A DNA stretch of 64,000 nucleotides from an uncultured Chloroflexota bacterium (lineage in GTDB: Bacteria; Chloroflexota; UBA11872), in the NCBI GenBank assembly GCA_964422795.1, contig CAYRCL010000041.1, positions 29,631 through 93,630 of the forward strand, read 5' to 3'. The notes under the pieces are model-generated. The model searched no databases, was not told where the DNA came from, and worked only from the letters and a program-made list of their open reading frames with translations. The translations under genes and the position numbers were made by a program. The first letter of the stretch is position 1. The number at the start of each line of letters is the position of its first letter. Shown here piece by piece: positions 29,363 through 39,172 of this stretch.

Positions 29363-31048
29363 TTGCCAGGGGATCCCGGCAATACCGGCAATATCGGGGA
29401 TAGCCTTCCTCCACCTGAGAAGAAGGAAGTCCGTTTCGGTCACGAGGCTCGTGAAACCCTGCGTGCTGGCATTGATATCGTTGCCAATACGGTAGGGACT
29501 ACACTTGGGCCCCGTGGCCGTAACGTGGCATATACACGCACCCTACGCGCGCCACACATTACAAACGACGGAGTCACCGTCGCGAACGAGATCGAGAAGG
29601 TAAACAACATCCTTCATGATCTCGGTGTCCAGATCATGAAGGAAGCCGCCTCCAAGACAAACTCTGCGACCGAGGACGGCACCACAACCGCCACAGTACT
29701 GGCGCAAGCCATCGTGCACCGAGGCCTCTACAACATTGCTGCGGGTGCAAATGCAATGATGCTGCGGGAGGGGATGCAGGCAGCCTGTGACGCAGCCATT
29801 GAGTCCATCCGGGATATGGCCCGTCCTATTGAGACAGAAGACGAAATAAAACACATCGCAACGATTTCAGGCGACGACGTAGAACTCGGCTCAATGGTTG
29901 GAGCAGTCATGAGCCGTGTCGGCCGTGATGGACTGGTTATGGTTGATTACCACCGACGTGGTGTACGCCTCGAAGCTCGCTATATCGAAGGAATGCAAAT
30001 CGACAAAGGCTGGGTATCACCTTACTTCGTCACCGATACTCATAAAATGCAAGGCAACCTTGAGAACGCACACGTTCTACTGACAGACCAAGATATCTGG
30101 AGCCCCAAGCAACTCGAGCCAATCTTGGACAAGGTAGCCGAGAGCAACAACCGCAATCTACTACTCGTCTCCAACACCCTTCAGGGCCCGGCACTCAGTT
30201 TTGTGCTGCAGAACAAGCTACGTGGAAATCTAAACGTCGTCGCTATTCAGGCACCATCCTACGGGGATGAGATGCGAGAGATGTTGGAAGATCTCGCGGT
30301 ATTGACCGGAGCGACCGTAGTCTCGCGAAGCCTCGGAATACGATGGGAAGATGTACCACTCGAATGGCTAGGATTCGTCAAACGTGTGGTTGCAAACCGG
30401 GAAGCAACGATCCTTTTAGAAGGCGCTGGTCGTGAAGCCGACGTTCAGGACCGCCAGAACCAAATGCGTGCGCAACTTGAAGAAGAGACCAGACCCGCCT
30501 GGGTCACAAAGATGGAGCGCCGCATTGCCACGCTCGGAGGATCGGTTGGCGTAGTTGCTGTCGGTGGGATTACCGAGCAAGAAATGCAACACCTCAAAGA
30601 TAAAGCGGATGATGCGGTTGGAGCCGCAAAAGTCGCCTTACGCGATGGAATCGTTCCAGGTGGCGGGACCTCGTTATTGCGGGCTAAGGAAGCGGCAGTG
30701 CGTGTGTCGGAGAAGCTATCAGGCGACGCCGCCATTGGCGCTCGTATTATCGCTGATGCCTTGGAAGCACCCATACGTCGTATTGCACGAAATTCAGGCG
30801 TCAACCCTTCAGTGGTTGTTAACCGAGTCCAAAAACTCCCAACCTGGCACGGATGGGATGCTGTAAACAACGAATATAAAGACATGTATGACGCAGGCAT
30901 CATAGATCCTGCAGCGATCGAAATTGCAGCTATCCGAGCTAGTTCAAGTGTTGGAATGATGACACTCACAACCGAAGCGATCGTGTGTGAAAACCGACCC
31001 ATCGCAGTAGCGGCAGATCCTGACCTCGAAGGAGATCAAATGCCGTGA
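29363..31048 (+). CDS. groEL: chaperonin GroEL (non-canonical N-terminus, no GGM tail)
   Basis: VRFGHEARETLRAGIDIVANTVGTTLGPRGRNV, DGTTTATVLAQAIV, GIVPGGG; TTG start 9 nt after groES stop and in the same frame. Confidence 0.9.
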   Translation: MPGDPGNTGNIGDSLPPPEKKEVRFGHEARETLRAGIDIVANTVGTTLGPRGRNVAYTRTLRAPHITNDGVTVANEIEKVNNILHDLGVQIMKEAASKTNSATEDGTTTATVLAQAIVHRGLYNIAAGANAMMLREGMQAACDAAIESIRDMARPIETEDEIKHIATISGDDVELGSMVGAVMSRVGRDGLVMVDYHRRGVRLEARYIEGMQIDKGWVSPYFVTDTHKMQGNLENAHVLLTDQDIWSPKQLEPILDKVAESNNRNLLLVSNTLQGPALSFVLQNKLRGNLNVVAIQAPSYGDEMREMLEDLAVLTGATVVSRSLGIRWEDVPLEWLGFVKRVVANREATILLEGAGREADVQDRQNQMRAQLEEETRPAWVTKMERRIATLGGSVGVVAVGGITEQEMQHLKDKADDAVGAAKVALRDGIVPGGGTSLLRAKEAAVRVSEKLSGDAAIGARIIADALEAPIRRIARNSGVNPSVVVNRVQKLPTWHGWDAVNNEYKDMYDAGIIDPAAIEIAAIRASSSVGMMTLTTEAIVCENRPIAVAADPDLEGDQMP

Positions 31049-31101
31049 AAATCCAACAGATGGATATCACATAGGCACCCTATGCGTGCCAAACGGGTTT
31101 C

Positions 31102-32313
31102 ATGACTGGCGGGTTCGAATTCGACTCGCTTCTTAGCGAAGAAGCCCGCCACCGGGCAGCGCCAGGTCTGATGGTTTCATCGTCCGGCGCACCTAAAAAC
31201 GTGGTAGCTGATCTGCTCGTTGGACAACCCGCAATAGAGGCCCTTCCTCTTTCAGCGATTGCTGAAACAGCCCAAACCTACTTACCGAAAAACCCAGAAG
31301 CACTCCTTTATGGGCGACGCCAAGGCAGCGTTGAAATTGTCGATACCGTGCGTAAGAAATTACGGATATTCGAGGGGTTGTCAGTGGACCGCGACCAAAT
31401 CATCATCACGAATGGATCGGGTCAGGCCATCGACCTAGTTCTACGAACATTCGCGAATCGTGATCAGGTCATAGTTCTGGACGAAGCCTCGTTTGGCGCA
31501 CTCTTCGTGAAACGAGTCAGCGAACGAGGAATCCATGTGCGGTGGGACAACGAAGGACCGCGACCGGATGAACTTGATGCTTTGTTCTCCACAGAACGCC
31601 CCGCGATCTTTTACACGATCCCAACTTTCCAGAATCCGATGGGATCCACCATAAGCACACGAAGGCGCCACGAAATCCTTGAGATCTGCCACCGTCATCA
31701 TGTCCCGATTCTTGAAGATGATGCGTACTACGAGTTGCACTATGACGGCGACCTGCCTCCATCATTGTTTGAACTCGACGGCGGCACTGGCTTAGTGATC
31801 CGTGCGGGAACTTTCTCAAAAATTCTAGGCGCGGGTATCCGACTTGGCTGGATCGCTGCGTCGGCGCCACTAGCTGATCGCATCCTTCCTTTAAAGCCCG
31901 ATGGTGGAACCAGCCCATTTGCATCATCCATAGCCGCGGAGTTCATGAACAAGCGTATGGAAGAGCAAATTCAACATCTCCGAACCCTGTATCGAAAACG
32001 GCGTGATGTAATGCTCGATGCGCTGGAATCGCACGTCACCGAACATGCAACATGGATCCGTCCAAATGGTGGCTTCTTCGTGTGGTTACAACTGCATCGA
32101 CCTGAATTGGTGGGAGATGTCGTTGAACGTTGCCAACGTATGGGCGTGATGGTGCGCAGCGGGTCAGTCTTCCGAATTGATAGCAATGACTTGGGCGGGA
32201 TCCGCCTCGCATTCAGCCACGCACCCCAGGACGCTATCCAGGCAGGCATTAAGATTCTAGGCACGGCACTGATGGATTCAGAGACCGGAAAACCCTATGA
32301 CCACTCCCTTTAG
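31102..32313 (+). CDS. PLP-dependent aminotransferase, class I/II (2-aminoadipate/aromatic aminotransferase-like)
   Basis: 403 aa; fold-type I aminotransferase layout with FSKILGAGIRLGWIAA (PLP-Lys region). Confidence 0.7.
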   Translation: MTGGFEFDSLLSEEARHRAAPGLMVSSSGAPKNVVADLLVGQPAIEALPLSAIAETAQTYLPKNPEALLYGRRQGSVEIVDTVRKKLRIFEGLSVDRDQIIITNGSGQAIDLVLRTFANRDQVIVLDEASFGALFVKRVSERGIHVRWDNEGPRPDELDALFSTERPAIFYTIPTFQNPMGSTISTRRRHEILEICHRHHVPILEDDAYYELHYDGDLPPSLFELDGGTGLVIRAGTFSKILGAGIRLGWIAASAPLADRILPLKPDGGTSPFASSIAAEFMNKRMEEQIQHLRTLYRKRRDVMLDALESHVTEHATWIRPNGGFFVWLQLHRPELVGDVVERCQRMGVMVRSGSVFRIDSNDLGGIRLAFSHAPQDAIQAGIKILGTALMDSETGKPYDHSL

Positions 32314-33361
32314 GCAGGCTGAGGTTGGGCCACGAATCCCGGTCGATCGGATGCGGACATTCACCTCTGATGTTATGCATGCCGCCGGCGTTCCCTCTCA
32401 ACGCGCCGAGCTCATCGCCGACGTTCTAGTTGAAGCTGATGCGCGCGGCGTTTTCTCGCACGGCGTCACGCGCATAACACCGTACACCGCCGAGATTCGC
32501 CAAGGCTCTGTTAATCCCAGCGCTGAAATTTGCGTGATAAGCGAGCGTCCGGCAACAGCTGTCTTAGATGCTCAAGGCGCTCCGGGCGCAGTATCTGCCT
32601 CAGCAGCAATGGGTCGGGCGATTGAACTCGCAAAAGATGGAGCCGCAGCAATGGTCTGCGTGCGCAACGGACGTCATTTCGGTCCAGCAGCACATTGGGC
32701 TCTGAAAGCGGTTGATGCGGGATGCGTGGCCTTCGTAACTAGTAGTGGTGGTGGAGCTTCAGGCGTCCTCGCATTCGGCAGCCGACAACCCGCTCTCACC
32801 AATGGTCCAATCGCTTGGGCAATCCCTGCGGATAAGCATCCGGCAGTGGTGGCCGACATGGCTGTCGGTTTCTCAGCACTGGGCAAAGTTCGAGTAGCTG
32901 CCGCAACCGGTCAGGATATTCCTGCTGACGTAGGCGTAGACCAGGACGGCAACGCAACCACCGATCCCACGAAACTTGTTTGGCTGAATCCCTTCGCCGG
33001 CCCCAAAGGCTTTGGGATGGGCATCGTCATGGAGACACTATCTGGAATATTGGCAAGCGCTACTGCCGCTGTGAACCGAGGCCCTGATGACCGTGGTCAA
33101 GTCGGCCAGGTGTTTGCCGCCATCAGTGTCGAGTCCTTCCGTCCACTGTCGGACTTCACCACAGACGTGGATCGTACAATTGATGCGGTCCATGCGCTTA
33201 ATCCTGCTGAGGGATTCGAGTCTGTGCTTGTTCCAGGCGAACCCGAATGGATCAAGCGGTCGGATGCCTATATGAATGGCATCGGCTACCCGAACGGACT
33301 CCTGGAGGCAGTCGCGCAAACCGCCACAGAGTACGGAGTAGCACCAGTGTGGGACTTATGA
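32297..33361 (+). CDS. Ldh_2 family (malate/L-lactate dehydrogenase-2 type) 2-oxoacid/imino-acid reductase, paralog A
   Basis: LVEADARGVFSHGVTRI, NGRHFGPAAHWA motifs of the Ldh_2 family. Confidence 0.75.
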   Translation: MTTPFRQAEVGPRIPVDRMRTFTSDVMHAAGVPSQRAELIADVLVEADARGVFSHGVTRITPYTAEIRQGSVNPSAEICVISERPATAVLDAQGAPGAVSASAAMGRAIELAKDGAAAMVCVRNGRHFGPAAHWALKAVDAGCVAFVTSSGGGASGVLAFGSRQPALTNGPIAWAIPADKHPAVVADMAVGFSALGKVRVAAATGQDIPADVGVDQDGNATTDPTKLVWLNPFAGPKGFGMGIVMETLSGILASATAAVNRGPDDRGQVGQVFAAISVESFRPLSDFTTDVDRTIDAVHALNPAEGFESVLVPGEPEWIKRSDAYMNGIGYPNGLLEAVAQTATEYGVAPVWDL

Positions 33362-34431
33362 GTGATCGTCTGCACTATGGATCCGGAGGACCAATAGTTC
33401 CGGCTGAAGCCGTTCAGGCGTTCGCCGCCTCAACATTTCTAGCCGTTGGGGTCCCGACCAGTGATGCCGATTTAATCGCGACCACCCTCGTCCACGCGGA
33501 CCTTCGGGGCGTGCACTCACATGGTCTCCGCATGATCAACGTATACATCGAATGGTTAGAAAACGGAGTAGCCAACCCGGATCCCCATATTCGGTCAGAG
33601 CGTGACTCGTCAGGTGCAGCAGTTCTGGCTGGTGATCGTTCCCTTGGACAAATCGGAGCTCAAGCCGGGATGGAATCCGCGATCGCAATCGCTCGTGACC
33701 GTGGCATAGGCGTAGCCGCCGTTTCAAACACCGGGCACTTTGGAGCCGCCGCCTACTGGGCTCTTCAGGCGGCGCATGACGGTCTTATCGGTTTTGCAAC
33801 AAGCAACATGGCAGGCCCGTGCATGCTCGCCCACGGAAGCCGTGAGCCTGCAATTGGAAACACACCCCTCGCCTGGGCCTTCCCGACACACGGACAGTAT
33901 CCGGTCGTGCTTGATATGGCTGCTGGCGCCTACGCCCTCAACAAACTTCATCTCATAGGACAACAAGCCGAAGAACTCCCAGAGGGGGTCGCAGCTGATA
34001 TCGACGGTAACCCCACAACTGACCCATCTAAATTGCGGTACGTGCTGCCCGCTGGCGGAGCAAAGGGCTACGGTATTGCCCTGACACACGACCTCATTTC
34101 CGGATGTCTCAGCGGAGACGGCTCAACCTTAATCAAAGGATCATTGGACGGCGCAACGTCCGGAGCTCGTGGAAGCCTATTCTTTATGGCCATCGACGTG
34201 GACGCCTTCATGCCACTCGGAGATTTCCAGACAGCAATGGATGATCAAACTGAGGCTGTGAATGCACTACAACCAGCCGACGGCTTTGAATGCGTTCAAA
34301 TGCCTGGACAACCTGAGTGGGTGACCTATGAGTCACGCATCGACAGAGGGATTCCTTACCCATCCGGAATTCTGGAGCAGCTCGAGCCGATCGCAGACCG
34401 CCATGCAATAACCATCCCATGGAGACCTTAA
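33358..34431 (+). CDS. Ldh_2 family dehydrogenase, paralog B
   Basis: LVHADLRGVHSHGLRMI, NTGHFGAAAYWA; ATG 33358 overlaps paralog-A stop (ATGA). Confidence 0.75.
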   Translation: MSDRLHYGSGGPIVPAEAVQAFAASTFLAVGVPTSDADLIATTLVHADLRGVHSHGLRMINVYIEWLENGVANPDPHIRSERDSSGAAVLAGDRSLGQIGAQAGMESAIAIARDRGIGVAAVSNTGHFGAAAYWALQAAHDGLIGFATSNMAGPCMLAHGSREPAIGNTPLAWAFPTHGQYPVVLDMAAGAYALNKLHLIGQQAEELPEGVAADIDGNPTTDPSKLRYVLPAGGAKGYGIALTHDLISGCLSGDGSTLIKGSLDGATSGARGSLFFMAIDVDAFMPLGDFQTAMDDQTEAVNALQPADGFECVQMPGQPEWVTYESRIDRGIPYPSGILEQLEPIADRHAITIPWRP

Positions 34432-34490
34432 TCACCATCCATATCTAACCAGCAAGACGAAACTCGCGTCAATCTCACATCGCCAAGCAA

Positions 34491-34536
34491 GCTAGGTAGG
34501 TAACACGTCTTAATCCCAACGACCTAGCCATTTTAC
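34491..34536 (+). terminator. possible intrinsic terminator after the aminotransferase-Ldh_2 operon
   Basis: GCTAGGT...(24-nt loop)...ACCTAGC followed by CATTTTAC; the long loop makes this weak. Confidence 0.3.
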
Positions 34537-35132
34537 ACTTGACACCAATACACTCAACTATCATGATTGCTCGCGTTGCATATTTGCCCGCCCCCCTTTT
34601 GGAGCGATCGCAAGGTGTGTCTTGTAATTCAACGAACGAAACCCAGCACAGCAGTACCGCCCGCTGTCCCTGCTCGTTTCAGACAGATGATTTGGCAGCA
34701 CGTGACATTCGCGGGTTTATTGTGAACACGTACAGCAAATACCCGTAGATGCGGAGGAAACAAACAACGCAGTAATCGTGAACGCATCAATTCCAGATTA
34801 AGGGCCAGACGAGATTTTAATAACATCCAGTAAAAATGGACTCATCACTGAAGGATCTACCCGCGAGACCCGCAAGGAAAGAGATCGCTTGATCATCAGA
34901 AGTAGCTCGCCAGCTCATCTTTCCTGTCGCCTCTCGTTACACGTAACCGGCTAGGAAAGGATCGAGTGTCAACACGAATTCAATGTTTTAACGATATGTA
35001 TTCAGAGGGACGAAAAAGACAACATTTCAACAATTAGCGTCGTGGAGGCGTAACAATACCGTTTGTTATGCGATCCTTCTCTCAATCAGGGTAAGCAAGC
35101 CTGCCACAGGGAGATGTAAAGGAAGACTGACT

Positions 35133-35345
35133 GTGAGTGAAAGTGGATTTGAGGGGTTAGCGGACAGTGCACGTGAGGCGGCTGACCGCGACCTACACGC
35201 CTCAATAACCGAGACGCTGGATGCACTCCCGACCGGCGAGAGCCCAAAAGTGTGCCAGGACTGCAACAAGCGCATAGAAAAGGCGCGTCGTGAACTCCTG
35301 CCAGGCACAAATCACTGTGCCGCGTGCGCCCAGAAACGAGCATAA
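35133..35345 (+). CDS. DksA/TraR-family C4 zinc-finger protein
   Basis: 70 aa; CQDCNKRI...(17)...HCAACAQ = CxxC-N17-CxxC; sits alone in a 1.2-kb low-coding island. Confidence 0.6.
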   Translation: MSESGFEGLADSAREAADRDLHASITETLDALPTGESPKVCQDCNKRIEKARRELLPGTNHCAACAQKRA

Positions 35346-35657
35346 GATTAGAACGAAGAGGTTTCGTCACCCCGAACATCAAATCGTGAGACCCCAACCA
35401 ACGCGGCGCACTCGGAACACGTTTTCTAGCTTGCTACCTGACAATCCCCAATGATCGAATCCGACCCTCCGAATGCACAAGGTCCGCTCTAAAGAACCCA
35501 AGAAAACGCACGCGTGCAGCGGTAGAGCCTCAACCGAACATTGACGCTCCTGCCCTCTAATTAATTCAACCGGTGACGAACAGCGTCTCCCAATCGCGGC
35601 ATCGACCACCATCAAGCTTTCGATCACGAACTTTAGGCTCAAACCCTGAGAGAATGC

Positions 35658-36014
35658 ATGCCAATCACTCGCCAGAAAAACACAACTATGCCAACTGCCC
35701 GCAATTCTGATCGCCCACTTGTCTCGATGATGGACGGCGTCAAACGTCGCACGATGCTTTGGGGTAATTCAATGCTTCTCGCCGAAATCTTCATCGAGGA
35801 AGGCGGCGTCGTACCACTCCATCACCATCCTTATGAGCAGATTGGTTATTGCATCGATGGCACCTTTGATTTTGATATAGGCGAAGAAACCCATCACATC
35901 GAGACTGGCGCGTCGTGGGTGGTGCCATCAAACGTACCGCACAAAGCCGTCGCGACGAGCAAATGTTTCCTTATCGAGGTCTGGAGCCCGGACCGCGACG
36001 ACTATAAGGACTAA
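35658..36014 (+). CDS. cupin-domain protein
   Basis: GGVVPLHHHPYEQIGYCIDGT...SNVPHKA two-His cupin motifs; true start may be the internal MMDGV. Confidence 0.6.
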   Translation: MPITRQKNTTMPTARNSDRPLVSMMDGVKRRTMLWGNSMLLAEIFIEEGGVVPLHHHPYEQIGYCIDGTFDFDIGEETHHIETGASWVVPSNVPHKAVATSKCFLIEVWSPDRDDYKD

Positions 36015-36028
36015 GCACTACTCCACAA

Positions 36029-37336
36029 TTGCGGCAGCGAAAAACCGTGTCACCTAAACGTGGCATCACCGCTCAGATCCTGCGCGACAACGCCACCATA
36101 ATTCCATTTTTTATTGTCGGTAGTACGGCGACATCCATATTTCAGTTGGTTATGGCACGCTTTCTTGAGCCAGAAAATTATGCCGCGGCTGTTGCCGTGC
36201 TTGGCGGATTATCACTACTTGTCACTCCAGCCCAAGTCATCCAAACGCTTATTGCACGGCGCACAGCGGAACTCTTGGCGTTGGGAAAGATTGTCGCCTT
36301 GAGAACCAGCATGCGCCTCTATGCCCGTCGTGTCGGTCTGATATCGATCACCTTGGCTATCAGCATTGCAGCCACAGCCCCAATCCTTCAATCAGCGCTT
36401 CAACTAGAGTCCGCATGGCCGATTGTGATTGCAGCCATTGGAGCAGGGACCTTGACCTTTGAACCTGTCGCACGAGGTGTGCTCCAAGGCACGAGAAATT
36501 TCTTAGGACTTGGCTACACGCTCGCCAGTCACGGTTTGGGACGTATTGTTGTCGGCGGCATCGCCATTGCCGGGCTCACATGGGGCCCTGCTGGAGCTCT
36601 ACTAGCTAGTCCAGCGTCGGCCATAAGCGGAATCGCAATGGGGTGGATCAGTGTCCGACGGACCCTGCCAAAACACAACCGTTGTCGACCAGAAGACACG
36701 CCTGTCTCCAGCTTTCAATCTCCTGAATACGTCTGCGTGACGATCATTGTTCTTGTTGTGGCAGGCTTGTTACATCTCGATGTGCTGGTCGTAAAAATGT
36801 TTTTCAGCCCGATTGAGGCAGCAGGATATGCCGCCCTCTCGTTGGTTGGCCGCATGGTGTTTTGGAGCGGAACGGCAATAGGTACAGTCCTACTCCCCCA
36901 CATCGTCTGGTATGCAACAACCGGAGGCAACGTCATCCGAGCATACGTAGTAAGCCTGCTCCTCATGACCACAGTTGTTACAGCAACAGCGTTTACGATC
37001 CTGAAATGGCCAACCTTTACATACGCAACGATCTTCAACGATCGCTACACCGCAAACACAGATCTCCTTCCACTAACCGTCACTGCCGCAGGTCTTTTGG
37101 CCATTGTCGCCGTGACCGCTAATCTCCATATCGGCGCGGGCCACGTCCGAGTATGGCGCGGTCTTGCAGCCATCCTAGTAGCCACAATTCTCGGGTACAC
37201 CGTCGCACATGAAACAATACGCGACGTTTTGTCTGTGCTAGTCGCAGGGACAGCCTGCGCGACTATATACGTGACGACAGAAGCCATCGCCTTAGCTCGG
37301 CGACAAAACAACCCCCGAAACCCGGATTTACCCTAG
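36029..37336 (+). CDS. polysaccharide/oligosaccharide flippase (MOP superfamily, Wzx-like)
   Basis: 435 aa, ~12-14 TM helices, no soluble domains; adjacent to GDP-sugar genes. Confidence 0.65.
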   Translation: MRQRKTVSPKRGITAQILRDNATIIPFFIVGSTATSIFQLVMARFLEPENYAAAVAVLGGLSLLVTPAQVIQTLIARRTAELLALGKIVALRTSMRLYARRVGLISITLAISIAATAPILQSALQLESAWPIVIAAIGAGTLTFEPVARGVLQGTRNFLGLGYTLASHGLGRIVVGGIAIAGLTWGPAGALLASPASAISGIAMGWISVRRTLPKHNRCRPEDTPVSSFQSPEYVCVTIIVLVVAGLLHLDVLVVKMFFSPIEAAGYAALSLVGRMVFWSGTAIGTVLLPHIVWYATTGGNVIRAYVVSLLLMTTVVTATAFTILKWPTFTYATIFNDRYTANTDLLPLTVTAAGLLAIVAVTANLHIGAGHVRVWRGLAAILVATILGYTVAHETIRDVLSVLVAGTACATIYVTTEAIALARRQNNPRNPDLP

Positions 37337-37351
37337 CCTCAGGACCTAATC

Positions 37352-37726
37352 CTAGGCTTCTGAGGTTCCCTCACGGCCATAGTCATCCTCAAGTCGGACA
37401 ACATCGTTCGGATGCGGTGTTGATACTTCGAGAACTCGCACGCGGCCATACGGAGCCTGATACCGATGGACCTGACCGGTCTGAACCCGAAAACTCACGC
37501 CTTCTGAAAGATCACGAGACCTTAGGGTATCCACCGACTCGCCGATTACGAGTCGCAGGGTTCCATCCAAAACATAGATGGTCTCGTCCTTCTGTTCGTG
37601 CAATTGCAAGCTGAGTCTGGCCCCCTCATTGATCTCAATGATCTTGCCGATATAGAGCTCATTAGATGCGTAGATCACTTCCCGACCCCACGGCTTTTCA
37701 ACAACAGTTCCATTTTGATCACTCAC
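37352..37726 (-). CDS. cupin, mannose-6-phosphate isomerase type II C-terminal-like
   Basis: EKPWGREVIY...LSLQLHEQKDETIYVLDG...GQVHRYQAP. Confidence 0.65.
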   Translation of the reverse strand: MSDQNGTVVEKPWGREVIYASNELYIGKIIEINEGARLSLQLHEQKDETIYVLDGTLRLVIGESVDTLRSRDLSEGVSFRVQTGQVHRYQAPYGRVRVLEVSTPHPNDVVRLEDDYGREGTSEA

Positions 37727-37728
37727 GT

Positions 37729-39171
37729 CTACCCCTCCACTCCCGCAGCACGCGCGCCTATCGCTAGCAGCTCACCCACACGATCAACGGTTGTAGTCTC
37801 CGTGTACACCCTCAACAACGGCTCCGTGCCTGAAAATCTGATCAAAAGCCAACTCTCGTCATCCAGGTAGTACTTAAAACCATCGGAATCATTGCGTCGC
37901 TGCACCGCTGCGCCATCAATTGAGTCTGGCACCCACATACGGACCTGCGCCTCGATGGCCGACCTTGCTTCTGCGGAAAACCGGAAGTCTCTTCGGCCAT
38001 AATGGTATTCACGTCCTAGTTTCTGAAACAGCATCGTAACGAGCTCCGCCGGAGTTTTGCCTTCTCGAACCATGAGATCAAGAAAGTACAGTCCCGCTAC
38101 AACACCATCCCGCTCAGGCATGTGTGGCGCAAATACATAACCGCCGCTTTCTTCACCACCCATAATGGCGTCCAACTCGGTCATCGCTGGAGCGACGTAC
38201 TTCATCCCGACACCAACCTCTTCAACATGAACGTCATAGATCTTCCCGAGTCGTTCAAGCATCGACGAAGTCGTGAGTGTTTTCACCAGAGGCCTTCGCA
38301 AGTTCCGGTGTTCCAGAAAATAGAACGCAAGCAAAGCAATTGTGCGGAGCTGATCAACAAATTCCCCAGATCCGTCAACCACGCCAAGACGATCACCATC
38401 ACCGTCCGTCGCAATTCCGACGACAGCGTCACTGTCACGAACTGCCACCGATAGTTCATCCGTCTGCGGCGGAATAGGTTCCGGCCTAGCGAGCCCCGGA
38501 AACCGTGGATTCCACGCACTATGGATTTCGCTTACGCGAAGTCGTCCTCCACCAAGCACCTGTGGAAACCATGCAGCCGCAGATCCGTACATCGCATCGA
38601 CAACCACCGCTATGTCTCGATCCCTCACACGATTGAGATCGACCAGCGTGCTGATATGGTCTAAATACGCTTGATCTGGATTAAATTCATTCCAGAGTCC
38701 AGCATCAACAGCCGACGCCTCATCCAAGAAAATCACCGAATCACCATCAACCCGAGCCACCTCAGCTTCGATTTCACTTAACTTCTCAGGGGCCACTGCC
38801 GCTCCTGTAGCAGTCCGTATCTTGAATCCGTTATCCGCTGGAGGATTGTGACTAGCCGTAATCATGACCGCGCCTGCCGCCTGAAGCCGAGCCGCACTAA
38901 ACGCGACGACCGGGGTCGGGCACGGTCGATCAACCAGATGCACCGCGATGCCATTCCCTACCAAAACAGAAGCCACGTAAGCAGCAAATCTCTCAGATCC
39001 AAAACGACGGTCATAGCCGACTACGATCCCACGCTGCCAGTTCCAATGTTTCCGAACGTAGCTGCCAAATCCTTGCGCCACACGCCCAACATTACGGAAC
39101 GTATAATCCCCGCCAATAACAGCCCTCCACCCGTCGGTACCAAACTTGATCTGCGTCTCCTCCAATGTCAC
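37729..39171 (-). CDS. phosphomannomutase / phosphoglucomutase (alpha-D-phosphohexomutase)
   Basis: TASHNPPADNG active-site Ser loop, GTDGWR N-term, GGEESGG sugar-binding loop. Confidence 0.9.
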   Translation of the reverse strand: MTLEETQIKFGTDGWRAVIGGDYTFRNVGRVAQGFGSYVRKHWNWQRGIVVGYDRRFGSERFAAYVASVLVGNGIAVHLVDRPCPTPVVAFSAARLQAAGAVMITASHNPPADNGFKIRTATGAAVAPEKLSEIEAEVARVDGDSVIFLDEASAVDAGLWNEFNPDQAYLDHISTLVDLNRVRDRDIAVVVDAMYGSAAAWFPQVLGGGRLRVSEIHSAWNPRFPGLARPEPIPPQTDELSVAVRDSDAVVGIATDGDGDRLGVVDGSGEFVDQLRTIALLAFYFLEHRNLRRPLVKTLTTSSMLERLGKIYDVHVEEVGVGMKYVAPAMTELDAIMGGEESGGYVFAPHMPERDGVVAGLYFLDLMVREGKTPAELVTMLFQKLGREYHYGRRDFRFSAEARSAIEAQVRMWVPDSIDGAAVQRRNDSDGFKYYLDDESWLLIRFSGTEPLLRVYTETTTVDRVGELLAIGARAAGVEG

Positions 39172-39172
39172 G

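Noticed and set aside
29051-31048. GroES-GroEL stop-codon read-through fusion (same frame, 9-nt spacer)
   Set aside because: In-frame TAG with no recoding signal. TTG start with separate initiation is the simpler explanation and is the normal groESL arrangement.
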